Below, in pieces: positions 47,406 to 55,867 of a stretch of 64,000 bases of DNA. Below the pieces are notes generated by a model, which did not search any database, was not told where the DNA came from, and saw only the letters and a list, made by a program, of their open reading frames with translations. Every line of letters starts with the position of its first letter. The first letter of the stretch is position 1. The DNA comes from Sedimentisphaerales bacterium (lineage in GTDB: Bacteria > Planctomycetota > Phycisphaerae > Sedimentisphaerales > Anaerohalosphaeraceae), in contig JANQGW010000112.1 of assembly GCA_028282905.1 (NCBI GenBank), positions 189 to 64,188 on the forward strand, given 5' to 3'. Made by a program: the position numbers and the translations under genes.

Positions 47406-48593
47406 ATGAATACACAAGAAGTACTTTCGATGTTTGATGACTATGTGATCGCCAACTATGGGCGGCTGCCAAAAGTCATTACCAAAGGCGAAAATAATAA
47501 GCTGTTTGATCTGGAAGGCAACGAGATTCTGGACATGTTCCCCGGCTGGGCGGTTAGCGGTATTGGTCACTGCCATCCCAAGGTCGTCAAGGCCATCCAG
47601 CAGCAAGCCGCTAAACTGCTGCACATTGACAACACCTTCTATACGGTCGAGCAGGGCAAGCTGGCCAAGCTGCTGAGCGAGCGGGCCTTTGGCGGCAAAT
47701 GCTTTTTCTGCAACAGCGGCGCCGAAGCCAACGAAGCGGCCTTGAAGCTGGCACGACGCCACACACCGCGTCAACAGTACAAAATCATTACCGCCGAAAA
47801 GAGCTTTCACGGACGAACTTTCGCCACGCTGACGGCGACAGGACAGTCCAAGTGCCACGAAGGTTTCCAGCCACTGCCAGCGGGTTTTGTATATGTGCCG
47901 TTTAACGATATCGACGCATTGCAGGAAGCATTTGATGATGAAGTTGCCGCGGTCATGATCGAGCCGATTCAGGGCGAAGGCGGCGTTCATGAAGCTACGC
48001 CGGAATACATGCAGACCATTCGTGATTTGTGTGACGCCAACGGTGCCTTGATGATTCTGGACGAAGTGCAGACCTGTATGGGACGAACCGGCCGGTGGTT
48101 CGGCTATCAGCATTACGAAGTTGTGCCCGATGTCATCACCATGGCCAAAGCACTCGGCGGCGGAGTCGCCGTCGGTGCGATGATGGCCCGCCCGGACATC
48201 GCAGCCTCGCTGGTGCCCGGCACGCACGCGTCCACATTCGGCGGCAACTCACTGGCCTGTGCGGCCTCTATCGCCGTCGTTGAAGCTATTGAAGAAGATA
48301 ACCTGCTGGATAATGCCAATGTCATGGGCCGCTACACGCGGGAAAAACTGGCCCAGCTTAAGGAAAAATATCCGATCATCGACCACGTTCGGGGCAAAGG
48401 GCTGATGATCGGCATTCAATTAACCATGCCCGGAGCGGCGATTGTCAGCCGGTGTCTTGAAAAAGGCCTGCGGGTCAACTGCACACAGGAGACGGTGCTG
48501 CGGTTTATGCCCTCGATGACGGTCACCAGTGAAGAAGTTGACCGAGCTGTCGCCATTCTGGATGAAGTTCTTGCCCAAGGAGAAACGTCATGA
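47406..48593 (+). CDS. argD: Acetylornithine aminotransferase (class III PLP aminotransferase)
   Basis: FCNSGAEANEAALKLAR, ILDEVQTCMGRTG and TMAKALGGG (PLP lysine). ATG at 47406, 7 nt after AAAGGA. Confidence 0.92.
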   Translation: MNTQEVLSMFDDYVIANYGRLPKVITKGENNKLFDLEGNEILDMFPGWAVSGIGHCHPKVVKAIQQQAAKLLHIDNTFYTVEQGKLAKLLSERAFGGKCFFCNSGAEANEAALKLARRHTPRQQYKIITAEKSFHGRTFATLTATGQSKCHEGFQPLPAGFVYVPFNDIDALQEAFDDEVAAVMIEPIQGEGGVHEATPEYMQTIRDLCDANGALMILDEVQTCMGRTGRWFGYQHYEVVPDVITMAKALGGGVAVGAMMARPDIAASLVPGTHASTFGGNSLACAASIAVVEAIEEDNLLDNANVMGRYTREKLAQLKEKYPIIDHVRGKGLMIGIQLTMPGAAIVSRCLEKGLRVNCTQETVLRFMPSMTVTSEEVDRAVAILDEVLAQGETS

Positions 48594-49501
48594 AGAGTTT
48601 TTTAGCGATTAACGATTGTACAACGGATGAACTGCACGAAGTTCTGGATTTGAGCTGCCAACTGAAGGCCCTGTACAAAAGCGGCCGGCGTGACACCTGC
48701 CTGGAGGGCAAGGTGCTGGCAATGCTGTTTGAAAAGGCCAGCCTGCGGACGCGTGTCAGCTTTCAGGTGGCCATGACCGACTTAGGCGGTTCGGCACTCT
48801 ACCTGAAACCCGAAGATATCGGCATTATCGGCGAACGGGAACCGGCTAAAGACATGGCCCGGGTCTTTGACCGCTACATCGACGGCATCATGGCCCGAAC
48901 CTATAAGCATGAAACCATCGTGGAACTGGACAAGTGGACAGGCGTGCCGGTCATCAATGCATTGAGCGACTGGACCCACCCCTGCCAGGCCATGGCAGAC
49001 GTCCAGACGATTCAGGAACATTGCGGTGACCTCAAGGGGCTGAAACTGGCCTATATCGGCGATGGCAACAATGTTGCCCGTTCACTGGCGTTTGCCTGTG
49101 CGAAATTCGGCATGACGTTTGTCTGTGCCTCACCGAAAGGCTATGAATTGGATGATGAGTCGCTGAACACGGCCAATGCGATGGCGGCCGACTGTGCGGC
49201 CCAGACCAACGACCCGGTCGAAGCGGTGACCGATGCACAGGTCATTTATACCGACACCTGGACCAGCATGGGCCAGGAAGAGGAAAAACAGCAGCGAATC
49301 AATGATTTCCAGGGATTTGCCGTCGATGAAACCCTGCTGGCCAACGCTCCGGCTAATGCCAAGATCATGCACTGTCTGCCGGCCTACCGGGGCTATGAGA
49401 TTTCCGACGGTGTCATGGAATCAGAGCACTCAGTCGTCTTTAATCAGGCGGAAAACCGGCTGCACGTCCAGCGGGCACTGCTGAAATACCTGATGGGTTA
49501 A
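48590..49501 (+). CDS. argF: Ornithine carbamoyltransferase
   Basis: SLRTRVSF (STRTR), HPCQAMAD and MHCLPAYRG motifs. The start overlaps the argD stop (ATGA). Confidence 0.93.
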   Translation: MKSFLAINDCTTDELHEVLDLSCQLKALYKSGRRDTCLEGKVLAMLFEKASLRTRVSFQVAMTDLGGSALYLKPEDIGIIGEREPAKDMARVFDRYIDGIMARTYKHETIVELDKWTGVPVINALSDWTHPCQAMADVQTIQEHCGDLKGLKLAYIGDGNNVARSLAFACAKFGMTFVCASPKGYELDDESLNTANAMAADCAAQTNDPVEAVTDAQVIYTDTWTSMGQEEEKQQRINDFQGFAVDETLLANAPANAKIMHCLPAYRGYEISDGVMESEHSVVFNQAENRLHVQRALLKYLMG

Positions 49502-49509
49502 CTATAAAC

Positions 49510-49533
49510 GCGGGCATCTGGCCCGCTTTTTTT
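49510..49533 (+). terminator. Rho-independent terminator after argF
   Basis: GCGGGC-ATCTG-GCCCGC followed by T7. Confidence 0.85.
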
Positions 49534-49550
49534 ATGGGTTCAAGGTGACT

Positions 49551-50195
49551 ATGAAAATACTTGTCGCAACAACAAATCCCGGGAAACTGGAAGAACTCAG
49601 CGAGATGCTCGGCGATATGCCGGCCACTATCGAATGGCTCAGCCTGCGAGATTTTCCCGATGTGGGCGAAGTGGAAGAGGACGGCACAACGTTTGCCGAA
49701 AACGCCCGCAAGAAGGCACTCGGCTACGCGAAAGCAACGGGTTTATGGACGATTGCTGATGATTCCGGGCTGGTCATCGACGCACTGGGCGGTGACCCGG
49801 GCGTTTACAGTGCCCGCTACGCCGCCGATGAGTGCGACAGCCGCGACCGAAAAGCAATAGATGTGGCTAATTATAAAAAAGCTCTCCGTTTGCTGGCCGA
49901 CGTTCCGGATGCCAAGCGGACGGCACGATTTAAATGCTGCCTGTGCCTGGCCAATGGCGACGGAAATATCCTGCTGGAAACCGACGGCGCAGTTGAGGGT
50001 GTTATCAATCATAGCCCGGTCGGCGACAATGGTTTCGGTTATGACCCGATTTTTTATATACCTGCGTTGGGAAAAACTGCCGCCCAACTGGAAAACCATG
50101 AAAAAAACAAGATATCCCACCGCGGCAATGCTATCCAACAATTCAAACCCCTTTTGCAATCACTGCTGAACAGCCCTGAATATAAGGACATTTGA
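49551..50195 (+). CDS. rdgB: Non-canonical purine NTP pyrophosphatase (RdgB/HAM1)
   Basis: MKILVATTNPGKLEE, DDSGLVIDALGGDPGVYSARY, GFGYDPIF and ISHRG motifs. I prefer the ATG at 49551 over the GTG at 49545. Confidence 0.92.
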   Translation: MKILVATTNPGKLEELSEMLGDMPATIEWLSLRDFPDVGEVEEDGTTFAENARKKALGYAKATGLWTIADDSGLVIDALGGDPGVYSARYAADECDSRDRKAIDVANYKKALRLLADVPDAKRTARFKCCLCLANGDGNILLETDGAVEGVINHSPVGDNGFGYDPIFYIPALGKTAAQLENHEKNKISHRGNAIQQFKPLLQSLLNSPEYKDI

Positions 50196-50311
50196 TTTTT
50201 TCTTGACATAATATAGTAGCGTTTGTTATTTAACATCTATTCCGGCCCGAAAAATGGGCATAACAGAGAGATTAAGCTCTGAACTGACATTATTTATTTG
50301 GTATTATATCT

Positions 50312-52762
50312 ATGGCAAAAACAATGGGGAAATCGCTGGTGATCGTGGAATCGCCCGCTAAGGCGAAGACGATTAACAAGTATCTCGGCAGCAACTTTGA
50401 GGTCAAGGCCTCGATGGGGCATATCCGGGATTTACCGGCCAAGGGCATCAATGTGGACATCGAAAATAACTTCGAGCCAACCTACGACATTACGCCCGGC
50501 CGCAAAAAAATGGTCAATACGCTCAAATCCGTCGCGAAAAAATGTGAAAACGTCTATCTGGCGACTGACTTGGACCGCGAGGGAGAAGCGATTGCCTGGC
50601 ACTTGAAAGAGTGCCTGAATCTGACCGATGAAAACACCTACCGTGTGGTCTTTAACGCAATCACGAAAAATGCTATCCAGAGCGCTTTTGCCGACCCCGG
50701 AAAACTTGATATGGATCGTGTGCTGGCTCAGCAGGCCCGCCGGATTCTGGACCGCATCGTGGGTTATCAAATCAGTCCCGTACTTTGGAAAAAAGTCGCC
50801 CGCGGCCTCAGCGCTGGCCGTGTGCAGTCCGTAGCCGTTAAGATCATCGTCGCTCGCGAACGTGAGATCAAGGCCTTTGATCCGCAGGAATACTGGCAGA
50901 TTCCCGCCGTCTTTACCACAAACCTGCAAGACGACCTGGGCGGCGACTGGCAGGCGTTTCTGGACTCAGCCGAGGATGAGAAAAAGGGCCGCACTATTGC
51001 CCAGCAAAATGTATGGCTGGCTGAGCATCAGGCCTTCAAAGCCGATTTGGTCAAGGTCAACGGCGAGAAATTCCATGTCGATAATGAAACGCAGGCACAG
51101 GAAATATTCGCAAATATTCAGAAATCCACATTTACGGTTTCGGACATTACCACTCGGCGGGTCAAATCACGCCCCGCCCCGCCATTTATCACCTCGACGC
51201 TTCAGCAGGCCGCAGCGAATCGGTTGGGCTTTGCCGCCAAGCGGACGATGCGCATTGCTCAGCAGTTGTATGAAGGCATCGATTTAGGCTCAATGGGATC
51301 ATTGGGGTTGATTACCTATATGCGTACCGACAGCACGCATCTGTCGGGCGAAGCGCTGAACTCGGTCCGGCATTATATCCAAACTCAAATCGGTGCTGAC
51401 TATGTACCGGAAAAACCCAACTTCTTCAGCTCGAAAAAAGGTGCCCAGGAAGCTCACGAAGCCATCCGTCCGACCGATCCCGATCTGGCCCCCGATGACA
51501 TCAAGCCCTTCCTGAATGAAGAACAGTATAAGCTGTACAACCTGATCTGGCGGCGGTTTGTCGCCTGCCAGATGGCCGCGGCACAGTGGGATACCACCCG
51601 CATTGAGATCGACGGAACCACCGACAACTTCAACTGCCACTATCGCACCAGCGGACGGGTGCTCGTCTTTGACGGTTTCACAAAAATCTGGTCCACCTCG
51701 ACGGAAGAACCGCAACTGCCCGCCCTGTCAAACGGTGACACTCTGGCAGCAGTCAGTATCAAAGCCGACCAGCACTTTACCAAACCGCCGGCCCGCTATA
51801 CTGAAGCCTCGCTGGTTAAGGAACTGGAAAAGGAAGGCATCGGCCGACCGAGTACCTATGCATCGATTATCTCAACAATTCAGGACCGAAAGTATGTCGA
51901 AAAACTCGACCGCAAGTTCCATGCGACTGACCTGGGTGAAGTCGTCACCGATAAGCTCGAAGAGTGCTTCCCGCGGGTGATGGATATCGCCTTTACACGG
52001 CACATGGAAGAGCAACTCGATAAGATTGAGGAGCAGCACCTGAATTGGGTGGACGTACTAAACGAGTTCTACGGACCGTTCAAGGAAAATCTTGAAAACG
52101 CCGCCAACATGACACATGCTAAGGCTGAAACCCAGCCCAGCGATTATACCTGTCCGGAGTGTAAAAACCCGATGGTCTATCGGTTTGGCAAAAACGGGCG
52201 TTTTCTAAGCTGCGGCGACTACCCAACCTGTAAATACGCCTGTCCGTGCGACCGTGAAGGCAAAATGGTCGAGCAGGTCGAAAGTGAACACAAGTGCCCG
52301 AATTGCGGCAAACCGCTCATCGAGAAAACCGGCCGGTTCGGTGCGTTTTTGGGGTGTTCGGACTATCCCAACTGCAAAACCATTTTGAAAATGGATGCCG
52401 ACGGCAATCCGCTGCCGCCGCCCCCGCCGCCGGAACCGACGGGTGTCAAATGCTATAAATGTAAGGACGGTGAACTGGTTATCCGTCAGAGCAAACGCGG
52501 GCCATTCATGGGGTGCAACCGCTTCCCGCGCTGCCGGACGATCGTTAGCATGAAAAAGCTCGATGAACTGAAGGCTCTGCAGGCGGAAGGCAAGTGGCCG
52601 CCGGCCGATATCGAAGAAGGCAAGGCGATCGCCTCAGTTGCCAAAAAGAAAACAACCAAAAAGAAGACTGCTAAAAAGAAAACCACAAAGAAAAAGGCAG
52701 CTAAGAAAAAGACAACAAACAAGAAAACTGTCAAAAAGACTGAGAATAAAATAGACGAGTAA
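50312..52762 (+). CDS. topA: DNA topoisomerase I with four C-terminal zinc ribbons and a lysine-rich tail
   Basis: TOPRIM region LVIVESPAKAKTI and catalytic region GLITYMRTDS. Repeated CPxC...C..C ribbons are present. The tail reads KKKTTKKKTAKKKTTKKKAAKKKTTNKKTVKK. Confidence 0.96.
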   Translation: MAKTMGKSLVIVESPAKAKTINKYLGSNFEVKASMGHIRDLPAKGINVDIENNFEPTYDITPGRKKMVNTLKSVAKKCENVYLATDLDREGEAIAWHLKECLNLTDENTYRVVFNAITKNAIQSAFADPGKLDMDRVLAQQARRILDRIVGYQISPVLWKKVARGLSAGRVQSVAVKIIVAREREIKAFDPQEYWQIPAVFTTNLQDDLGGDWQAFLDSAEDEKKGRTIAQQNVWLAEHQAFKADLVKVNGEKFHVDNETQAQEIFANIQKSTFTVSDITTRRVKSRPAPPFITSTLQQAAANRLGFAAKRTMRIAQQLYEGIDLGSMGSLGLITYMRTDSTHLSGEALNSVRHYIQTQIGADYVPEKPNFFSSKKGAQEAHEAIRPTDPDLAPDDIKPFLNEEQYKLYNLIWRRFVACQMAAAQWDTTRIEIDGTTDNFNCHYRTSGRVLVFDGFTKIWSTSTEEPQLPALSNGDTLAAVSIKADQHFTKPPARYTEASLVKELEKEGIGRPSTYASIISTIQDRKYVEKLDRKFHATDLGEVVTDKLEECFPRVMDIAFTRHMEEQLDKIEEQHLNWVDVLNEFYGPFKENLENAANMTHAKAETQPSDYTCPECKNPMVYRFGKNGRFLSCGDYPTCKYACPCDREGKMVEQVESEHKCPNCGKPLIEKTGRFGAFLGCSDYPNCKTILKMDADGNPLPPPPPPEPTGVKCYKCKDGELVIRQSKRGPFMGCNRFPRCRTIVSMKKLDELKALQAEGKWPPADIEEGKAIASVAKKKTTKKKTAKKKTTKKKAAKKKTTNKKTVKKTENKIDE

Positions 52763-52771
52763 GTTTGCGTT

Positions 52772-53089
52772 ATGGCCAAAAACGAAAATACCACAAATGA
52801 ACCGTTTGAAACCGTCGAACCAATCGGTCCGCGAGTGCTGATCCGTAAAGACGAGGATAAAAAGCAGACCAAAGGCGGCATTCAACTGCCGGACAATATT
52901 GAAATTCCCACTATCACCGGCCGCATCGTCTCGGTCTCGGCGGAAGTTGAAATGTCCAGCGAGTTTCCGCTCAAACAGTACGATAAGGTGCTGTTTAATC
53001 CCAAAGGAGCCATCCCGGTGGATTTCGAGGGCGACAACCGGCTGTTTGTCGTCGATGTGGAAAACGTCGTGGCAGTCTTCCGCAAGTAA
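52772..53089 (+). CDS. GroES/Cpn10-family co-chaperonin paralogue (no adjacent groEL)
   Basis: IGPRVLIRKDEDKKQTKGGIQLPDN...GRIVSVS...YDKVLFNP...VVDVENVVAVF follows the Cpn10 pattern. It lies 9 nt downstream of topA. Confidence 0.75.
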   Translation: MAKNENTTNEPFETVEPIGPRVLIRKDEDKKQTKGGIQLPDNIEIPTITGRIVSVSAEVEMSSEFPLKQYDKVLFNPKGAIPVDFEGDNRLFVVDVENVVAVFRK

Positions 53090-53110
53090 TTGAAATATCA
53101 GGATAAAAAA

Positions 53111-53148
53111 AGCGGCGTTGCTTTTCTGAAAGCTGACGCCGCTTTTTT
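53111..53148. terminator. Bidirectional rho-independent terminator after the groES-like gene
   Basis: AGCGGCGT...ACGCCGCT stem, flanked by A7 on the left and T6 on the right. Confidence 0.8.
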
Positions 53149-53297
53149 ATGCGCAAAAAATACGGCCGAGCCTCACCCGACGCTCGACCATATTCCTCAA
53201 CACCTCCTCCGGTGCCAATCTCCGATCAGTTCCTTGGACACTTATATTCGTTAAGTATCATTGCGGTCACTGTCCAGGAAGGAGGTTTGAGGTTATT

Positions 53298-53927
53298 TTA
53301 TTTTTTTCTTCTCAAAAAAGCGGCCGATCCCAAACCCAACAGCAGAATCGTTGTCGGTTCCGGCACTTCTTCACCACCCGGTACGGGAATATCATCGCCA
53401 TCACCGGGAACGGGTATATCATAGTTATTTGTGGGATCATATTCGTAGATGTAGTCTGGATAGTCAATCTCGGCCGGACCGCTGGCGGGACTAACCGATG
53501 CTGACGGAAGAATCGGATTGAATCCACCACGTCGGCCGCCGCCACCACCGCCGCCGGAGAGACGTTCGCCTGCCCCGGCGCCGCCGGAAAGGACATCCTC
53601 AAAATCATCACGTGCGAAAACCGCCACAACCATCTTGGGAGAATCCACTTCAATCGACGTTTCCATCGTATCAGCCGCGCTGACATCACCAAGCCAGTAC
53701 AAAAACCGGTAACCGGGCTTGGGTGTCGCTGATAAAGCGACATTTTCACCAATTCCCACTTTATGGACACCGGAGCCCAGGTTCACCGAACCTCCGTCCG
53801 GCGGGCTTTGCTGAACCAGCAGTGCATAACCATCTTCGGCATATGCCGGAACGGCCAGCATCACCGTAAACAGCCCAAGAATCAAACTCGTTAAAATCGC
53901 TTTACTCATTCGCAGTGCCATCTTCAC
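53298..53927 (-). CDS. PEP-CTERM sorting-domain secreted protein
   Basis: Signal peptide LILGLFTVMLAVPAYA, a Gly-rich centre, and the C-terminal VPEPTTILLLGLGSAAFLRRKK (PEP motif, TM and basic tail). Confidence 0.85.
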   Translation of the reverse strand: MKMALRMSKAILTSLILGLFTVMLAVPAYAEDGYALLVQQSPPDGGSVNLGSGVHKVGIGENVALSATPKPGYRFLYWLGDVSAADTMETSIEVDSPKMVVAVFARDDFEDVLSGGAGAGERLSGGGGGGGRRGGFNPILPSASVSPASGPAEIDYPDYIYEYDPTNNYDIPVPGDGDDIPVPGGEEVPEPTTILLLGLGSAAFLRRKK

Positions 53928-53982
53928 TTCCCCCCAGAAGGTAAAAGGTTTTCACGAATACAAACAATTACTCTTAATCGGT

Positions 53983-54600
53983 CTATTTTCTACGAATCAA
54001 AGATACCAGACCGCCGCCCAACAGCAATACCAGTGTCGCCGGTTCCGGAACATTCGTGTCACCGCCGCCGGTTGTGTCGGTATCCTGACCGGGAACCGTA
54101 ATATCGGTATCGGCCGGATTGATTTCATAGCTGCCCTTGACCCAGTCATAGTCACTGTACATCAGCAGGAACCATGAGGTACTGCCTGCGACTACCGCAC
54201 CGCCGTCGAAAATATACAGCGCTTCAACGTCTTCGGTATCCAGCAATGCCGTTGCATCGACACCGCCGGTCGTGTTGTCACCCAGTTCATCTGAAGCATC
54301 CAGAGAATCAGCGGTAACCGCCAGCGGGTCAAATCCAAGAATGGCAATCGCGTCAATATCCGCACCGCCAGTGTGGAAAATCTGATAAGCATAAACAAAC
54401 CGCTCCTCGCGGTCATAGCCGGTCAGTTGCTGCGTCGTGGTGTCATACACAGCATATTCGATATAACCGGCAATGGTGCCGGTATTAAAAACAGAAACAC
54501 CGTCAATATAGTCACTGTCCGGCAGCAACGTCAATGTCGCCTGTGCAGTCGGAACGGCAACTGCCAACAATACAATCATCCATAACAAATTCTTCATCAT
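53983..54600 (-). CDS. PEP-CTERM sorting-domain secreted protein
   Basis: The start at MMKNLLWMIVLLAVAVPTAQA (ATG 54600) avoids overlap with the upstream gene. The C-terminus is VPEPATLVLLLGGGLVSLIRRK. Confidence 0.85.
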   Translation of the reverse strand: MMKNLLWMIVLLAVAVPTAQATLTLLPDSDYIDGVSVFNTGTIAGYIEYAVYDTTTQQLTGYDREERFVYAYQIFHTGGADIDAIAILGFDPLAVTADSLDASDELGDNTTGGVDATALLDTEDVEALYIFDGGAVVAGSTSWFLLMYSDYDWVKGSYEINPADTDITVPGQDTDTTGGGDTNVPEPATLVLLLGGGLVSLIRRK

Positions 54601-54631
54601 CGCACCCTTGTCTTTCGTAAGTAAAATAAAA

Positions 54632-55264
54632 TTATGCCTTTTTTCTTCCCATAACACAAACAGCACCGCCCATTGCCAGCAATACCAGTGTGGCTGGTTC
54701 CGGCACACAAACGGTCTCAACACAAATCCAATCCAGGACCGCGTCAACCGGCTGCCCGGTAACTTCCTGTGTTCCCTTCAGCCCGATTACAACCAGTTCT
54801 TCCCGCGGATTCGGTTCAAAACGAAATACTTTCGTAACGGTTTTCCAGCCGTTTCCCTCGTCCTCAACATCAAAACGTACAGGAGTGAAAAGTGCCCCCG
54901 TTTCAACATCCGCAACCCATGAGAACGTAATATCGCCTTGATATCTCATTTCGAGCGTCAATTCTTTATAGGGATTGGGAATCGGCTGATTGGGAATATC
55001 GAGGATAATTTTAAACTCAGGACCAAAAATAGCACCATTGCCCCAACCGAAACCCTGACCGGAAAGGTCATTGATCATTCCCAGAGGGGTACCAAACGGA
55101 TTTTCGAGTGTATCCTGATCGGCGTAAACAAAATTGCCGCCGATTGGTTCCTGATCAAAACTCCAACATTGAGCCGTCTCACCGACCGTCAGCGTTGCCA
55201 TTGCCGGCGCCACCAGGGCCGCCATTACCATTACTCCCATCCATAACATCTTATTCATCATCAT
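54632..55264 (-). CDS. PEP-CTERM sorting-domain secreted protein
   Basis: Signal MMMNKMLWMGVMVMAALVAPAMA and C-terminus VPEPATLVLLAMGGAVCVMGRKKA. TAGGAG lies upstream of the start. Confidence 0.85.
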   Translation of the reverse strand: MMMNKMLWMGVMVMAALVAPAMATLTVGETAQCWSFDQEPIGGNFVYADQDTLENPFGTPLGMINDLSGQGFGWGNGAIFGPEFKIILDIPNQPIPNPYKELTLEMRYQGDITFSWVADVETGALFTPVRFDVEDEGNGWKTVTKVFRFEPNPREELVVIGLKGTQEVTGQPVDAVLDWICVETVCVPEPATLVLLAMGGAVCVMGRKKA

Positions 55265-55405
55265 GCACTCCTAAATAGCGATTAGCACGTACTATCGAAA
55301 TCCGATTTCAATTCAATATTTACGAAAAAGATGTTCTTAACGTGAAATGAAACACTCATCCCGGCGTTGAACAACTTTTACAATTTCAGAAAAAATATTA
55401 CTTCT

Positions 55406-55750
55406 CAAAAGAGCTTCCCGTTAAACGGGCCTCTCACCTCGCTGCTGCGCAGTACTCCGCACAGCACTTTTCATCTTTTCCTCATCCGTAAAAGTCTTTC
55501 CAACACCTCCCAGGTATTTGAAAATGAAGTTTAGAAATGCCTTTCGGCCTCGTTCAAACTTCGGTCCTACTCAAAAGATTCTTTCCATCGTCCTCAGTTG
55601 CTAAACAACGTCTCTCCAGAACCTCTCCTCGCAGTCCTCAGTCTTTCCCAAGACCTCCGTGTGGAAACGCAAAGCAGAATCATTCCCCATGCGTTTATGG
55701 CGTCACTTTCGTGACATCTTTTCTTCCCTACTCCCCCGAGTATTGAATGT
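55406..55750 (-). ncRNA. Candidate ~345-nt GA-rich small RNA with multiple GGA motifs (CsrB/RsmZ-like architecture); speculative
   Basis: It is bounded by a TTGACT-17-TTAAAT promoter (55757-55785) and a hairpin plus T-run (55406-55435) on the minus strand. I count 16 GGA triplets in 55441-55740, and at least two hairpins display GGA/GGGA in the loop. There is no convincing ORF. Confidence 0.3.
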
Positions 55751-55756
55751 GACTTT

Positions 55757-55785
55757 ATTTAAGCAAAACAACGTCAAAAAGTCAA
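55757..55785 (-). promoter_or_regulatory. Sigma70-type promoter on the minus strand, ahead of the GA-rich region
   Basis: The minus strand reads TTGACT (55785-55780), a 17-nt spacer, then TTAAAT (55762-55757). Confidence 0.5.
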
Positions 55786-55867
55786 GAAAAAAACGATTAT
55801 TTTTTTCGAATTCAAGACGCCATTCCACCTGTTTAGGCAAAAAAAACGCTATATCCTTTGTTTTGAA

